DNA of 64,000 nt from Lingula anatina (taxonomy: Eukaryota; Animalia; Brachiopoda): contig CM120642.1 of the NCBI GenBank assembly GCA_051362555.1, positions 16,244,001-16,308,000 on the forward strand, given 5' to 3'. Position 1 is the stretch's first letter, and each line of letters starts with the position of its first letter. Under the pieces are notes generated by a model. The model saw nothing but the letters and a program-made list of their open reading frames with translations. It did no database searches and was not told the DNA's origin. A program made the translations under genes and the position numbers. Of this stretch, positions 11,587 through 27,320 are shown in pieces.

Positions 11587-14500
11587 GAGTTAGATCGTTT
11601 CCTTTTGTTGGTGAGCATTTGGCTACGGTTATAGCCTATCGTTTGCAATCATTGAGTGATAAATTTAACGTAAGTGTAACATGCAAAGCAGCATGTAATA
11701 CGCACCATAGTGTGCCGCCTTGAAAATTGAACGTAATCTAATATTTAACATCGTTGTGTCAACAGAGAAGAAAGCGTTCCAAATGTTAGATATTTCCCTC
11801 GCTTTCCTAAGTTATACCCTGGTTAAAACCTTTATAATATCGAAAAGGGTGCTTATACACTCGTTGATTTGTCTCGGTATCGGTTTGGAAGGGGGTAGGG
11901 TCAGACATCGAAGTTCGATTCGGAAGGAGGGAGGGAAAGAAGGGAAGAAATTACGATGACAATACTTATTTAGTATGTGACATTTAATGATTTGAAATAT
12001 CTACAGATTTGAAGCTTCGAATTGTTTTAGAATCACAATCAGGGTCTATTTTGACAGCTATTAAAAGACTTAATACAGTTTATTTAAACACGCCTTTTTA
12101 AAGATTTTTCTCACAATTTTGAGTTTTCCTCATGCATCCATTACTTTACCCATGTGTAGATTATTGACCCTGTGAATATGAGGCCATTTTCAGTCCACAG
12201 AGACAGTTTAAGCCAACTTGGATACGAATGATCTTGAAACCAATGAAATTGGGATGGGCATGTTCAATTTAGCCAATGATTGGCAATGCTTTGGCCAACA
12301 ACTCATTTAAAAGTAGGGTGCACACATGATATTTTTCTAAGTGAGCTAGAGACTTGAAATTTGGTGCACAGATAGCCACACATATGAGTATGAATAATCA
12401 ATTAAAATTTTTAATCTATCTCATTTAGATCAAAAGTTATTCAAGTTTTAGTAACACCATGTTTGTTCTTTTTTTCAGGCGCCATTTTCAAAAATGAGAC
12501 AAAAGTTGCCCCTTTCATTTTTCATCCCCTTAATATTGTCACAGACATTTGAAATTTGGGACACATTAAGTATAGAAGTTAAGCATTAACACAAAGTTTA
12601 AATTTTGGTTCTAGCATTTTCCTAAGCAGAGTTATGTGCATGTGAATTAAGCAAAATGTAGGATTTTTTGACGGTAAATGCTAGAAAATACACGTTTCTT
12701 AGGTTTTATTCATCAACAAGACTATAACTCTTGGCAGAATAGTTGTCTTACATATGAGTATTAGTAAAAAATTAATAGTATAACTGGCAAATTGTCATTG
12801 TGAAAAAAAAACAATTATTCAAACTCAGAAACAACCCACACCCTGGGGATCATAAGGTTATTCTTGCATATGTACTCTTACTCCTTAGTATCGAACACAT
12901 ATGTATAGTATGAACATGGCACATAATTTTCTTTTATGATAAACTTCTTGCAAAAAATAAAAATGCCCCCACTTCTGAGGATGTTACCCCCATGCATATT
13001 TCCATCACCCCTGTTTATAAATGCTGATAAGGCAGTTTGTAATAAAATTCTCTCTCTCTGGCAGTTGTCTTGATATTAGTATAAACCAAAATTTAATTAT
13101 ATATTTCATGTCAGAAAACAATATCTGGTGAGCTTGAAAGAAAATAAATCAAGCTATATACATGTAGCACCTGTGATATACTACTATTTAAACCTACTAG
13201 TAATGCATAAATGTTTTAAAGCTTAAATATCATTGAAAATTAGCTTGCCACGTATGAATGATAGACTTAATTTTTTTAATTCATGTGACTTAACAGAGTT
13301 TTCTGATCCAAGATTATATTGAAAAAGTATAAGAATTATCTGTAACAATATTTGTACTTCCACTTTGTCTACCAATTTAAGTAAAGAATACACAAATGTG
13401 ATTTCAACGCCCCCCCCCCCCCCCCCCCCCTGTAATAGGGAACCTCTGTAATAGGGAATTCTTGCAACACAAAACTGATAATTTTAGTTTTAAAAAGCTG
13501 TTGGTTCAACTATACTACAGAAGTCTACATATATAAAAAGTAAATATAATTTATCAATACAAAGACAGTAAGTTTTAAAAGGGAACTTGAGCTATTTTAA
13601 GTCTTTGGCACGGAGATATATAAAAACAACATTAGTAAATCACAAAAAAAATGGATAACCTATTGTCTCTTGTTGGCTTCCTTAAAAATTTTTTTTTTAT
13701 TTCCATGTACGTCCATCTCCTAAAGTTCTAGATATAAATATAATTATATACATATACTTAAACCTAAAGTTCTTCACACAAATACCTACATGTACATAGA
13801 AATTTCCGAAAGGGACTTAACAATATTCACACCTTCAAGGTCATTTGAAGTCTTTGGCAAAGATGTGTAAACAGCATACGTAAATCACACACACACACAC
13901 CAAAAAAAAAAAGAAAGAAATTATTAATTAATCAATAATAAATCTGTCAAAGCCCCATTAAGACCTTTATAATCAGTCAGACACGCTAAACCCAAGAAGT
14001 TACAACTCCTTGCTAAACCAGACAATCAAGAAGAAGAGTCAGGATTATTCAATGTATTGATGCCGCAAAACGGATGAAAACACCTGCTTAGAGTTAAATA
14101 ATTATGTCAAAGTAGCTTGTCAAAGTCCACTCAGGTTTTAACTTTTTAGTGCATTTCACCATGATTCCCAACAAACTCATCACAATCAGGATTTTCTCTG
14201 TTATTATCACTTCTAACTGATGTATGCAAACGATGTAACATTGTTGTTAAGCGTACGCAGTAAAAATTGACCTCGACTGGCTGCGGTCAACAAGCGTGTG
14301 CGAGAGGGGGGGGGGGCGTTGAATTAAATTACAAAAAAAATATTTGCCCAAATTTGCCCAAAAATCTGAAATGTTCGTTAGAAACCTTAGTCCTTGTTCT
14401 TCTACATGGTATATATTTTGTCTTGCCGCCCTTTGCCGCCTTTAAAAAATTTATCAGTTTAAAAGTTTGCCCTTAAAGATTTTCACTTCTGACCTCTCGT

Positions 14501-14762
14501 AGATCGCGAAAACAATACCCATAAGGAAGTAACAGCTGTTCTCTATCACGTGTCAATGTGGGGCTGTTCCCGATGCAGTAGTTGAGACACGCCGTGCATT
14601 GTAAAAGCGGGTTGAAATCTGATACTCTGGGGACAGTTTTAATGGCGCTTCGCGAACTAGAACAACTAACGCCACCTAGGGACGTCTGCGCTCGCTATTA
14701 AAAGGTCCTAAAGAATCCTAAGGGGCTCCTCAGAAGTGTTATCATTCAAATACATTCTTTGA

Positions 14763-15041
14763 GCGCAATTAGAACAAGTTGATCCGCAGACTTAAAGATC
14801 TGTGGATCAAATATGGCTGACCCACTTAAAAGGAAGCCACATATAGTCCCCCCGATGGTCTTCCCGCCTCCACATGTGCTGTCCCTGCAAGGGCCTAGCA
14901 GTTAAACATCAGAACCAAGATGTAATCCATTTAGTGGAGGCAGTGAGACCATTAAGAGATTAAGCAGCTTCCTTTTATGATAGGTTGGCCGCATTTAGTC
15001 TGCAGATCAGTAAGTCCACAGATCATCTGTTCTGAATGTGC
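14763..15041. mobile_element. Degenerate fold-back / MITE remnant
   Basis: About 14763-14872 is an imperfect reverse complement of about 14933-15041 (aaaaggaagc / gcttcctttt; gcctccac / gtggaggc). Confidence 0.55.
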
Positions 15042-18000
15042 TATTTCATTTATTACCAGTTTACCTAAAAAGCTGGAGGGTTAAATTTTGCACTAAATGA
15101 AATTTTATGATCAAGAGTTTGGTGTGAATGATTTATGGTTCAGATGGAACTCTCTTACACTTAGATTTTACCAATTCCCAGTGCATATCTGTTTTGTTGA
15201 ATGTATTTTAGGTCTGCTTTTCTAAACCCAGCTTTGTTTGTATTGAAAAATTAAGTTCTGCATCCCAGAGTCATTGAGTTGGCCCAAGTTTCCTGTCCTC
15301 CACCCTCTTAGTGTTCCAGATTTTGAGAAGTTTCCAACAGATGACTGAAAAGCATGAAATATATGCTTACCTTCTCTTTTGTATAAAAGATCAATATGAA
15401 TGTGTGATTGTCTTTTTGATTTATGACAGAGGTGTAGGAAACATGAGAATCTGAACTCGAGTAACATGAAACAAAAGAGAAAAATAAAGAATAGTTCCAG
15501 AGACATATGCTGTTTTGATAATGTCCATCAGTTTATTGCAAATGTCAGACACTATTCATCCAGCATGTTGGACCCATTAACAGAAAAGTTCGAGATAACA
15601 TGGAACGGGATGTCAGTGTAATTGAGCTATCTTCTTTAACTGTAATTAGTTAAACAATTGTTTGAGATAGAATACTGGTGGTAGCGGCCTACCTCAGTCT
15701 TTTTTAATGGAAAAAAAAGATGAAATGAAGACTTAGGTTTGTGATACATGACCATCATTCTGTCTGTTGTTATTTTCACTCGGGGTATTTTTACTGGAAA
15801 ACAACTTGACCAGTACTACAATACAGTATGTGAATTAGAATGACAGAAATATATGTTTAGCCTTAGGTGGACCAGGTACTATATCAGAAATATTGAAATT
15901 CTATATTTTTATTTGTTGTTGTTGTAAACCTACAAACTCTCAACTAATGTACAAACTATAGTAAATGGTGCCTTGTTTACTTTGGTACCACTTCAAATAC
16001 AAATGAAATTCTACACGGCTGTATATATCTTATTGGGGCTATAAATACCATTCTCACTTTGTTTAGAGGGTCCCATTTAGATATCACTTGATCTTTAACA
16101 ACAATAAAACGAGGAATATTGGTTTAGTAATTACATTTTATGATACTATTTGTAAGATAGTGGTACTTTTTAATGCTCTCAGGTGAACACCACTTTGTAT
16201 AATATATATACTTGCCAAGTTGGTCATGAGAAAAAGTTTTATTTTCTTTATTATCAACAATTTTATTTTATATGTCACTTATCTTTTGTGTTTTGTGCAT
16301 AGCAGCACTGTAGTGATGCCTAATTATGTAGTGTACCAATAAGGTTTGTTGGGTCCACTTGTTTAGATTTTAAAAGCGTCAACTAGTAAAAAACTTCAAG
16401 AATGAAAAAAATTGTTAATTATCTTTTAAGACATACTGAATTGACCTTTGATGTCATCATGTCAGGAAAACCAAAAAACACAGAGGGCAAGGTAAGACCT
16501 TCCAATAAACTGACATAATTAACAGGCTTAAAATAGCGTTTACAAGCATGCTTGATTAAGAATAAATCTTCCAATTGAACTGGATTCAATTCGATTCCCA
16601 GGTTAAATTTCCTCTTGTCCGTGTGCCACTGTTCCCAGGACATAAGGTAACCTAACTCTTGGCCAGAATTTTGTACCACCTATATCGCTATATCCCTTGG
16701 CTCTTCACTTCAAGGGTTATTATAGTGAGACTTGATATTTTGATACAGGAAGGAGTGACCCATTGTATTGACCCCTATATTGGTCATTGATATGTATGCT
16801 TTGCTGTGTGTCAATTCTGGGGACATCTGACTTTGAAGTCCCCATATTTCTGAGGTAGACAACAAGAACAGGTGTTATTGAATCATTAAGGGTTTTTGAA
16901 CTTTCACAATATCAGTGTACAATCTGCACAGCATATTATCTGAGTAGTATCTGAAAGAAGGACAAAAACCTCAAAGGACAGCTCTTCTTGTTGTTATCGG
17001 TTTAAGGTAAAGTGATTCAGAAATCTATTATTGTCCAGATGCGGGAAGAAACACTGAAGTTTTTGCATTTCAAGTTTTTTTATCATTTGTACAGAAACAA
17101 ACCTTTGTTTTTTGGGTTGTCATTAGTTCTAGCTAATATTTGAAGTCCAGTCCATATTAATAATAAATACCTCTTTGATAAGGAATGGAATTACAGTGAC
17201 AGAATAATGATATTAAACCTTGTTGTATCAATGATTTCTAGCCTAAGATAGCTGTTGCAAAAGATTTGTTAATAATTATGGTAGCATAGACATCATTAAA
17301 TCAATGTATATCTTGTTTATTTTCCAAAGTAACATCGACACATTTTGTTGTCATTAAGGGTGAATGTTTTGTAGTACTTTCAAAATGAAAATTAAAATCC
17401 AATCATTTCAATGCTTATAGACTCCAAAATAAGTTCATCATGTTTTCCCATTATTTATCCCCAAAAGACCAAATAAACTGACAATCCATAAATCTGTACT
17501 TTTAGGGTCAGGCTGGATATGCAAAGGTTGTGAGATTTAAGTGTGCAATCGTTAGATAAAGCATTAATCTGTTGGATGAGAATAGGGAGTAGGTTACTGG
17601 CAATGAAACCCCTGGGGCTGCAGACTTTGATAAGCAGTCAGAGTAATCTTGTTAGCTGCAGAACACGTCTGGACAAATTGCCCTTGCAAGGCAGATATAT
17701 TTTTTTCACTCACAGAGTTGCAAATATATTAACAGCCTAGAGTTATTAGTCAGGAGATTATAAAAAATGTTTTTTTATCGCCCTTTTGGGATTTTTTTAA
17801 TCATGCTAAATTAATGAGGTGTGTGGAATAAAAAGAATGCCATATCATGTAAAGAAACATAAAAACAAAGAGGAAGGTCATATAGAAAAAAATCTTAACA
17901 AAGCACCCCCCTCTCTCTAGACCATGACATATATAAGATGTGATGTAAAAGTAAGAGGTCTTCCGTACAGTTAGATTGGTTTAGAATAGGTCATTCAGAA

Positions 18001-21000
18001 GATATGAGAGAGTTATATTAATCCGGGGCTGATGCAGCATGACATTTCTTGATTATCAATCCGTGGAAAATGGAGATAGTTACAAGAGAAATGACACCTT
18101 TTTTAAGAGAAATGTTATTTATTTTATTTTGAAAAGCACAATTTTGTCCAGAAATATTGAACTTATCGCATATTTGTTTTCGCAAAATACACCACAGGAG
18201 CTTGTCTGTGATGATGTTAATGTGCATCTTGGGCTTACACTAAGTGCTCCTTCAGCTGTGAAAGGTCAAGTTCTTCAAGAGATTTGACCATTTGCCATTT
18301 GGAATATCCTAAACAGAAGCAATGTTTCTAATTCAAGGGCAAGTTGAAGTGCTTGCTCCGCCCATACCCGTGTAGTGCAGTGTGTCATTATGATTATTAT
18401 GATCATCATAAATATAAAAAGAACCAGCACAGGTGTGTTATGCTTCTCACTTGTAGAATTAGATACTGTGCCAGCTCAACCTTTTTTAAAAACTCTGCTT
18501 CACATTTGTGTTAGAATTCATGCATCAAATTTCAAGTAGTTTGGAGTAGAGCAAAAGAAGAAGGCTAGGTTATTGGAATGAATTGACATCTAGACATTGT
18601 TGTACATTTAAGGTTAGATGTATTTTATTGAACTCCAGTTTGGATATCCTGATTTTTATTGATTTTGATCAATAATGGTACAAAGCTAGTGCCTCTGACA
18701 CGGCATACCAGGTGATATGTGGGACCATTGTCTGGGACCCCACTTTGGCGTTTTAAAATGTCACCTCTATGGGCAGTGAGTTTCCATTATTTAGGCTGAC
18801 CTCGGAGAGTGGGACTGTTGCGTATGCTGCAGGCCTCTTTGTGTACAGCAGATCTTTGGGCATGTGCACTTCTACTGCAAGGAATGTGGTTTATTTTAAT
18901 ACTCCTGAGATCAGTTTTAAGAAGCCTAAAGAAGCTCAAAAGTTTAGCCCAGTTTTTGGGGCTTGGGTTCTATGAAACAAGTCCAATGTCATGTGTAGCA
19001 TGGCGTAAATAACATGAATAACGTCAACATCTCCCACCAGGGACCGGTTTTATATTGTGTCAATATTTTGAGTACCTTGACTTGTATTGGCAAGTTGATT
19101 CCAGATCTTGAAGTGAGGTAGGCAAGTACAGATGTTTTGAAGCAGGACGTGTGACACTGTTCAAAGGTATATATTTATTAATATATGACAATGTGGAGTT
19201 TTTCTATTTGAAATGAAGATCATTTTGATATTGTAAGTATATCTGGTTTGAGGTTTTAGCTAATGACATTAATGGAAATAAGAGAGAGAGAGAGATATGG
19301 ACATGTTGATGAGAGACGGTTCTCATCATTCTCATTTATAGAAAGATAAGATTATAATTGTATTTATTACATTAAGCAATTATTTCAGAATTCTCTCTCA
19401 TTCTGTGTGTGTGTGTGTGTGTGCACGCGCGTGCCACCACATGCATAGGCACAATGTTTCACTGGTGTTAGTGACAGGTTGTGGAGCACTCTATGACTTG
19501 ACCCCTATTTCAGCCAATTGCTCAATAGTCCATTTGTGTTAAATTACAAATTAAATCTTCATTGTCTTTACAGAGTTAAAAGTTCATAAGCAATAATCAT
19601 ATCATTCTTGCCCCAAAGAAATGTTCATAGTTAAGGTAAAAATGTTGTCACTTAAAAAGACTAGGATGAAGTTAAGTGATTCAACAAATCAAACCACGCA
19701 TCTATGAAAGATTTTCTCCTGAGAGTTGTATTGTTGAAGCTATTTAACACAGACACAGAGCAATGTCTAATATGTAAGAGATTGATGGGGACGTCACCCG
19801 AAATAACATGTGTCTCTGTCAACAGAACTGAGATAACCTGGACAAGGTGAGGTGCTGGGCCACACTGATATAAAGAAAACTTTGATAATTTATGCATACA
19901 ATTTATTTAAAGAATTGGACTAGTACATAAAAAATAGAAGTTGCTAAAAATCAGTATCAGTGATTTAGAAATGAACATTCCACAGAATATTTCTGTATTA
20001 ATAATTATCTTTTGTTCTGCTTGAAGCACTGCTTTTTCTGTCTCTACCAAGTCTGGGTAAGACAAATTAATGATAGTAAGGATTGCTATATTTTTTATTG
20101 GCTGAAGAGAGATAAAAATAAGTACAAGTAGGCAAAGGAATCATAAATAGATAGCTTAGGAACTTAAATTAGGAGGTTTATTTATATTTATTTATTGATA
20201 ATATTTGTGAATCATTTACTCGCAGTGTTCAATATTCAGGAATTGGGCAGCGAATCGTGATTAAAAGTAAAAATTTGGGATATTTCAGCTGTATTGATAG
20301 GCAGAGACACTTAAAGATAAGGTACATGTACAGCAGTGACTTATATTGAGATTATGAGCATCTGTGGCACTTTACGTGACTGAATTCAGAAACACCTTCT
20401 GTAACATTATGAACATTCAGATGAACACAGATCTCCTTTTTAAATCATTAATGCTTGACATTCCATCTTCTATAAAAAACCTTTATGTAATAATAATGAT
20501 GATGAAAATGGTAGTTATTATTATTTTAATTTTTTTTTCAGTTTATTTTGCTAGGTTAGACAGACACCTGTTTTAACTTAGTTTTATCATTTTGGTAAGT
20601 TCTGACTAGTGTATATATATTTTTGATTAGGTGTCTTTTGGATTGTCTTTAATTGAAAAGCATAAGTTAGCTTTTATAACAAAAACCAAGATATTCTAAG
20701 TTAATATATATCAGATACATATTTTTATAGGTGATGACCTAGTGGTTAGTGATTAGAAGTACAAATGGACCATGATTAGGTTTTATCTGACTTTGTAGGT
20801 CATAGTCTACTTCAAGGTCATCATATGACATATATTGTCTTATCCATTTGATGGACATGTGTTCTTAGAAAGGTCAGTTCTATCCGCTTACCACTCTAGA
20901 GATCTTATCCATGTTGTAGAGGGGAAATTTTACAGCTGTTTAACATTAACAGCATGACACCAGTTACTCTCCATGGTAAAGATGGTAGCCCTGTAAAAAT

Positions 21001-24000
21001 TGTTTTTCACCCTTATCTTATATATATATATAGTGACTATTATTATTTTAAACTTTTGAACCCAAGTGATCCAGGTCTCTCTGGTATTACTGGGGTATTA
21101 AGTAAATAAGCTTTGGATTTTCTCTACTGGTATTTGAAATGGTGACAACAAGGACACATGCCTGGATATTCTAGGTAATTTTTCCAGAATATTTGCTGGA
21201 GGATGTATAGGAATAAATAGATGATGTAGTTAGTAATCCAGAAACCCTGTGTTTTAATTTCCGCAACTCTTCTGTTCATTAATGCCTTTTATCCAGGGGT
21301 GGAAAAATCATCAAATTGAAAAGTAATTTCGATATAAAATATGTTATGCCAGGGTACTAAGTGCACATCTGTCACTTCTTGCATTGCGCATTTGTAGTGG
21401 ATGTAATTTTTACTGTACTTTTAAGCTTTGTACCCTGAATTTTAGAGCACTGATGGTGACCCTTCTCTACCCAGCAAGGCTTTCCTCAACAGTTGTCTTG
21501 CCTCAAAAGAAAGCTTATATTTCCAAATATGACTGGACATCTTACAAAGTTTTTGAGTTCGTTGGGTTTGCTTGGGTTGGACTCCTAGTAATTAATGACC
21601 AAATTACAGATTCACACTTTGGACCACCTGTACCCCAAATCCTGGGACCACCTGTACCTCAAATCCTGGGGAAAGCCCTGCTACCCAGTATGTGTTTATC
21701 ACCAAGAGTTTCAGAGCACTGATGGTAACTCTTTTCTACCCAGCATATGGTCTCCATCACCCTGAATTTTAATGTACCGATGAGGATTCTCACCTCACCA
21801 CTTCTCTGTTGAAATCTCTGTGTATGTACTGGTAATGGAAAAGAGATGTCTGTCAGTACTGTAGGCTTTTATCTTCAGGGTTCTTAACCATGGGATTCCA
21901 GGAAAATTACTATGTACACATTCTTGGTGATTTGTGGACCATTGTTACAGTATTTTTCCACAGCAATCTTTCCTGGAATCCCATTTACCAGAGACCCTAT
22001 AGTAACATCAAGCATACTGGAATGCCTTGGTATTCCCAGGATTTAAAGATTGCCTAGAGTGGCTTGCAGAAGACCAGTACATCCTCCCATGCTGTTTCAT
22101 TATAAAGAAACCATTCTTCACAGTGGCTGTGTATCGGCATGTATTATTTCTCAAAAATTCCCAGGCTTTGTTACAGGGTATTTATCTTGCTATTTTTGAT
22201 TTCTGTTACTTGCAACAGATCTTTGAAGAAGGAATGCAGTGCACATTAGATTGTTATTTTTCAACAGTTTTGGATAGGGTTTTTCTTAGTGGTTTAGGTA
22301 AAATTGCGGAAATTTCAGCAAAATTCATTTTTGGCTGTATGAAGGTCTACAAACAAACATTCAATGCTGATAGAAAAATATTCAAGTACAAATACAATCA
22401 TCTTCCAAATGATCAATCTCAGGATGTTAATGTCCCCAGGTACCTAGGATACAAGAAAACAAATTGAGCCTAATCATTTTAGCTCGCTAGCCTAAGGGAT
22501 CTTAGTCTTGCAGACAAAATTTTCTGTCTGGGTAAACAAAATTGTGTTCGTATTAAATAACATCAGCTTGCATCCAGACTGATATTGCTGGTGATCTATA
22601 ATAACTTGACGTAGTGGGGTATCTCCATAGACCGCCCTCTACACAGCTATACCTTAGCCAGTTGATATTCAAGGCTGCTTTAGATAGGAGAGACTTTTCA
22701 CATTGACTGGTACACCCAACTGGATCACTATAGGAGATTAAAAAATTAGTAGCCTTTGCTACTAAGTATGAAAGTCCTCTAAATGCAACCTCCTTGGAGC
22801 ATAAGGACATTACCTTAACTAAACAGCAGGTAACGAATTTGTGAAAAAAAATGTGGAAGGGTGTAAAATTCCCTGTGGCATAATAACAACTTAGGACCTC
22901 TTAAAAGTTGGTACAGACTGTAATTGCTTAAGTATGAAAAGGGCTTAAGACTGTGCCTAAAGGCCACTTTAACCATAACAGTGCATGTTATAATTTATAC
23001 AGGTACGGGACAGATAAAAGGTGTTGCTGTATTCCACACCTTGAATGGGACATTACAGGTATTAGACCAGAATTGATATATAGAAGGTTCACACCCGGCT
23101 CCAATACATGTCAGGTATGCCAGGAACTTGTGGTATGGGGGGTTTGTCTGCATACATGTATACTTAATGGGAAGACATATTGTTCTAGGACATATGTATC
23201 TAGACATTTAGGTTATAACACTGGGGAAATTGGACTGTCAGGACACTGAAGAACACAAGTAATGAGGGACTGTCATATGGTAAAAAAGAGGAAATGTGTG
23301 CTTGGGGGTTTTCTTCAAAGAGATTTTAGATTAGTTTCTGTCAGTGTCACCTGAAATTTGCTGCTGGGTGCAACATATAAAGTGACACTTGGTCACAGTA
23401 ATGCCCCTTGCACACACAAGTGAAAAAGAAAGGAAGGTTTAAGGAGTAAATACAACACTTTTCTTTGTCAGTAAAGTGGATTCTACTACTGATTAAAGGA
23501 ATGTTGTTATGGTGATTTAGGAAATTGTATACTGGTAAGTTGGTATTAGATTTAATTATTTTATGGTTGTGATAGGCAACTGAGGTTTATTTGAAGAAAT
23601 CTGGCTGTGGATGTTTAATATTAGATAAAATTGGCCTTTGGTGCCATGCCCTCTCGTACATGGTTTCATCTGGAGCTCTTTGACAGGGAAAATAATTGTG
23701 CAATATCATAATCCATTGCCTTCTTGTATGAAATGTCTCTTTAGGAGATGTGTTAAATAAATTGCTGGTTTGGGGGGGGGGGGGGTATTTAACCTTTTGA
23801 TATTTTGGCCACAAATAACTGAACCTTTATCACAGTGATATTTGGCAGATTGACACACAAAACCATGAGAGTAGTAGTGGCTTAAAAGTACAGATTACAC
23901 CAAAGTGACACACAGTCGTGACAGCGGCTGTCTCTTCAAAGTAGAGATTACCCCAGAGTGCTTTTTAACAAAAAGCCATCAATTGTTCTCATGTGTTATC

Positions 24001-27000
24001 AGTGTCACGGCTTATCACTACGGAGATACTTGGAGTTCAATATATGTAGGGCAAGAGGTGATAGCTTGCATGCAGGCATGTAAAATTTTGAGAAATAGTT
24101 TACCTTTGGTCTGTCTACACAAAGATCAAGCCCAAGTGATGGTGTGTTCTGTTGGCTTTAGGGAAAAAGATTGATAAGATAAAACATGGCTCGATATCGA
24201 TGTATCTCTAACATGTCTTCTGCCATGGATATGTACACACCATGCAGGCATGCATGCACACACATTGCACATTTTTTCACAACCTATTTTTTCCACCTGA
24301 CTGTCCTGAGAAAAGAGATCTATCTGTGAATTATTATTAAATAATTAATGAAGTCTGACAATTTGCTGCAATTAGGATTTTGCCTCATTCACATTGTGTT
24401 AAGGTTGTCCCCAGAAAAGGGACTGACCATCCAGGACAGGGCTATTGCTGGGCCACCTACAAGTAATACAAACTAAAGCCTATCTGGTTTCAAAAATTTT
24501 TGACCCTTATCAGAATGTATATAGATTTTAGTATGTTAATTACTTAAAGTTTTGACAGAGTGCACTTATATCAAATGATCTAGATCCCCAGAAATATTTA
24601 ATCCAGATAATTCTGTCATAAATTTTGGAAAAAATATTATATTAGCAGGTGTCCCAATATTATAAAATGTTTTGACTTTCTGTGTGGAAATTGTGCTGTA
24701 GCCACTGGTTGAACTTACTGCAACCTGGTTAGTTAGCATGGTGGTTATTATTCTTTATTTATGGTTGTCAACAAGAGGTGTCATATGTGTCAAGTGAAGT
24801 AAGTTGGAGGTATGTATATGTCGCAAGAGAAATAAGCCTTCATTATCTGGAAACCGTTTCTCGCTAAAAATAGTTAAGCTTTGGATGGCGTGAACTTGTC
24901 AGTTAGTATGTTTATTTGATATATGTACTGATAGTGCTCTTTTGCAGTGTAAACATGCAGTGGTCTGGACTTCTAATATGGAAACAAGTTGAATGATGTG
25001 TGAAAAAATGAAATATTTTAGTATTTGATTTAAACATCAGTGAAAGATGTGCAGGTTTTACTTTATAGGATTTTTACCAGTGAATTGTTATAAGAGATAC
25101 TATATCATATGTGTAAAGCTAGTTAAGGTTTGTTTTCCATGTGCTTTATCGATTATGAATTTTTACTGAAAATTGTAATAAAAGGAGCTTAAGGCACATT
25201 GGTAAAAGTTCAAAAAAGAAAAAGCATTTAATTTGGGTGGAGTGCAGTTAAGAATCTCCTTTGTATAACATTACACATGTAATTGAAACACTACGACAAG
25301 CTAGTTGTATGGCAGGTGCACTGTAGGTAAATATCTCTCCATATGATTTGACTAGAGATTGGGATCTTACATCCGACTGTAAAGCTCTGGCTTTGGATTA
25401 TTTTACCTATTTGTTGTATTGTGTATCAGTCAGTTATTCGACCAAAAACTGTTTGAATCTTATACATGAAAGAATCCAAGTCAGACGGTAAAGACGCAGG
25501 TATTATTTACTGTGTTGATTTCCAGTTGGCTGCACAGAGGGTCAGTGGAAAGTGGCCAGGATGAAAGTGACCATGTAATCTATCTGGGTGTCCACTACAG
25601 GTCAAGGCTACTACATGGCTAGCACACATAAACACGTTTTGTGAAATTATATAATTTGACTGGAAGGGATAATATAAAATATATGTATCAATGTGTAGTT
25701 GATATAGATGTGTAATTTGGTGAAGATTTAAATTTGTGATGTTTTTATTTATTTATTTAGATCTATTTAATTGCTTTAAAGCCCACTTTAAAAAGATAAA
25801 AAAAAGGTCACCTGATTGAAAAAATCTTAGTGTATCTTGTATCCTGACTCAGTTATATGCTTTGAGATGTGCAGTCGGGTTTCTGTACTGATGGAGACAA
25901 GTATTTATTAGTGATGACACCTTATGTAGGATAAATTCTGTGGGCTGCAATTAATGGTTGACTTGTGGGAAAAAAAAAGATTTTTAAGTTGCATCCTGTA
26001 ATATGTCAAAGGAAAGAGTTAACTAGTGTCACTAAACACAATTAGTTCTCCTTAACTGAAAGCAAGTGGTTATGTGAACAGTTGATAGCAAACCCAGAAA
26101 AAGAGGGGGGGGCAACAATTTGTCTAGTTTGAAACAAGCCTATGGTAAAATGTTGATGTTGATGACAGCACAAATAACATAAGTTAGTGAGTAACAGAAC
26201 TTCACACCCACTATTAGGTAATATGTAAAATGCCCCTCAGCCTCAACCCAAAAGAGATTGGAAATGTATGATTCAATGTTTTTAGCTAAAAGAGCAAAGA
26301 GGTATCAAATTATGGAGTCATGTGTTGGGGGGAAATATGTCAAATCTTTTGCCCTGCTTTGGTCTGTGCTGTGTCTTATTTCAGTTGTGGTGAGAATAGT
26401 GACGTGATTAGCATTTTTAATAGGACTGGAATTTGTTTCTCCTACGCTGCTTGTTATTCCAGGGTGCGACATGAATTTGAGTTTAGTTCAGTCTGGTTTA
26501 ATATTTTTGACTAAGTAAATGAGTAAAACTCTTTAAGATAATTGTTTTGACTATGTAAAATTGAAGCCAAATTGTTATGTGTTAACAACATAGAAAGGTT
26601 TCAATTGCTCATTGTTATTACCATTGTCGGCAAGTCTTCTCTTTTATTTCTGTTCATTATAGAAATTGTTCTTTCTTTGATGGCAGATTCTGTCCAGTAA
26701 TTAGTCACTTGGTATATGGAAATTGGATGTCTACAGTGAAAGTATACACAAATATATACTAGTAGATTGCTGATGAAAAGGTCTGATAATTTAACTATAA
26801 ATATAGACTTCCACCCACGTAATGTATCACATGTACTAGTCGGAGCACGAGGGAGTCATGGAGTTATGTCACAATGTGGGGTTTGTTTTCCATTCTGTTC
26901 TTCACTTGTCACATTACTTATATCTGAATGCTGGGAGCAGTGAGAGGTGTGTGTCTTAAGGAGTGCTCTCTTTCTCTCTGGGGACAGTGTTCTTGATCAG

Positions 27001-27029
27001 GTAACAGAATGAGAGATAGGCTAGTTTTA

Positions 27030-27094
27030 CCTCTCTTTCTCCCTCCTTCCCTCCTCTCTCTCTCTCTCTCTCTCTCACTTGCTCCCCCTCCCTC

Positions 27095-27130
<36 letters not shown>

Positions 27131-27320
27131 CCCTCCCTCCCTTTCTCTTTCTCTCTCTCTCTCTCTCTTGCTCCCCCTCCCTCCCTTTCTCTTTCTCTCT
27201 CTCTCTCTCTCTTGCTCCCCTCCCTCCCTCTCTCTTTCTCCCTCTCTCCTCCTTCCCTCCATCTCCTACTCTCTCTCTCTCTCTCTCTCACTTCTTCTCT
27301 CCCTCTCTCTTTCTCTCTCT
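27030..27320. repeat. Composite polypyrimidine (CT)n tract with repeated ttgctccccctccctccctttc units
   Basis: Directly visible; source of the spurious SL/ER-repeat ORFs. Confidence 0.9.

Noticed and set aside
21433-21790. Short direct repeats (24-bp tandem and about 40-bp dispersed) as a CRISPR-like array
   Set aside because: Only 2-3 degenerate copies, no regular spacers, eukaryotic intron.
22027-22467. 146-aa plus-strand ORF in the RalGPS 5' intronic region
   Set aside because: TTG start, no recognisable motif, intron-like composition.
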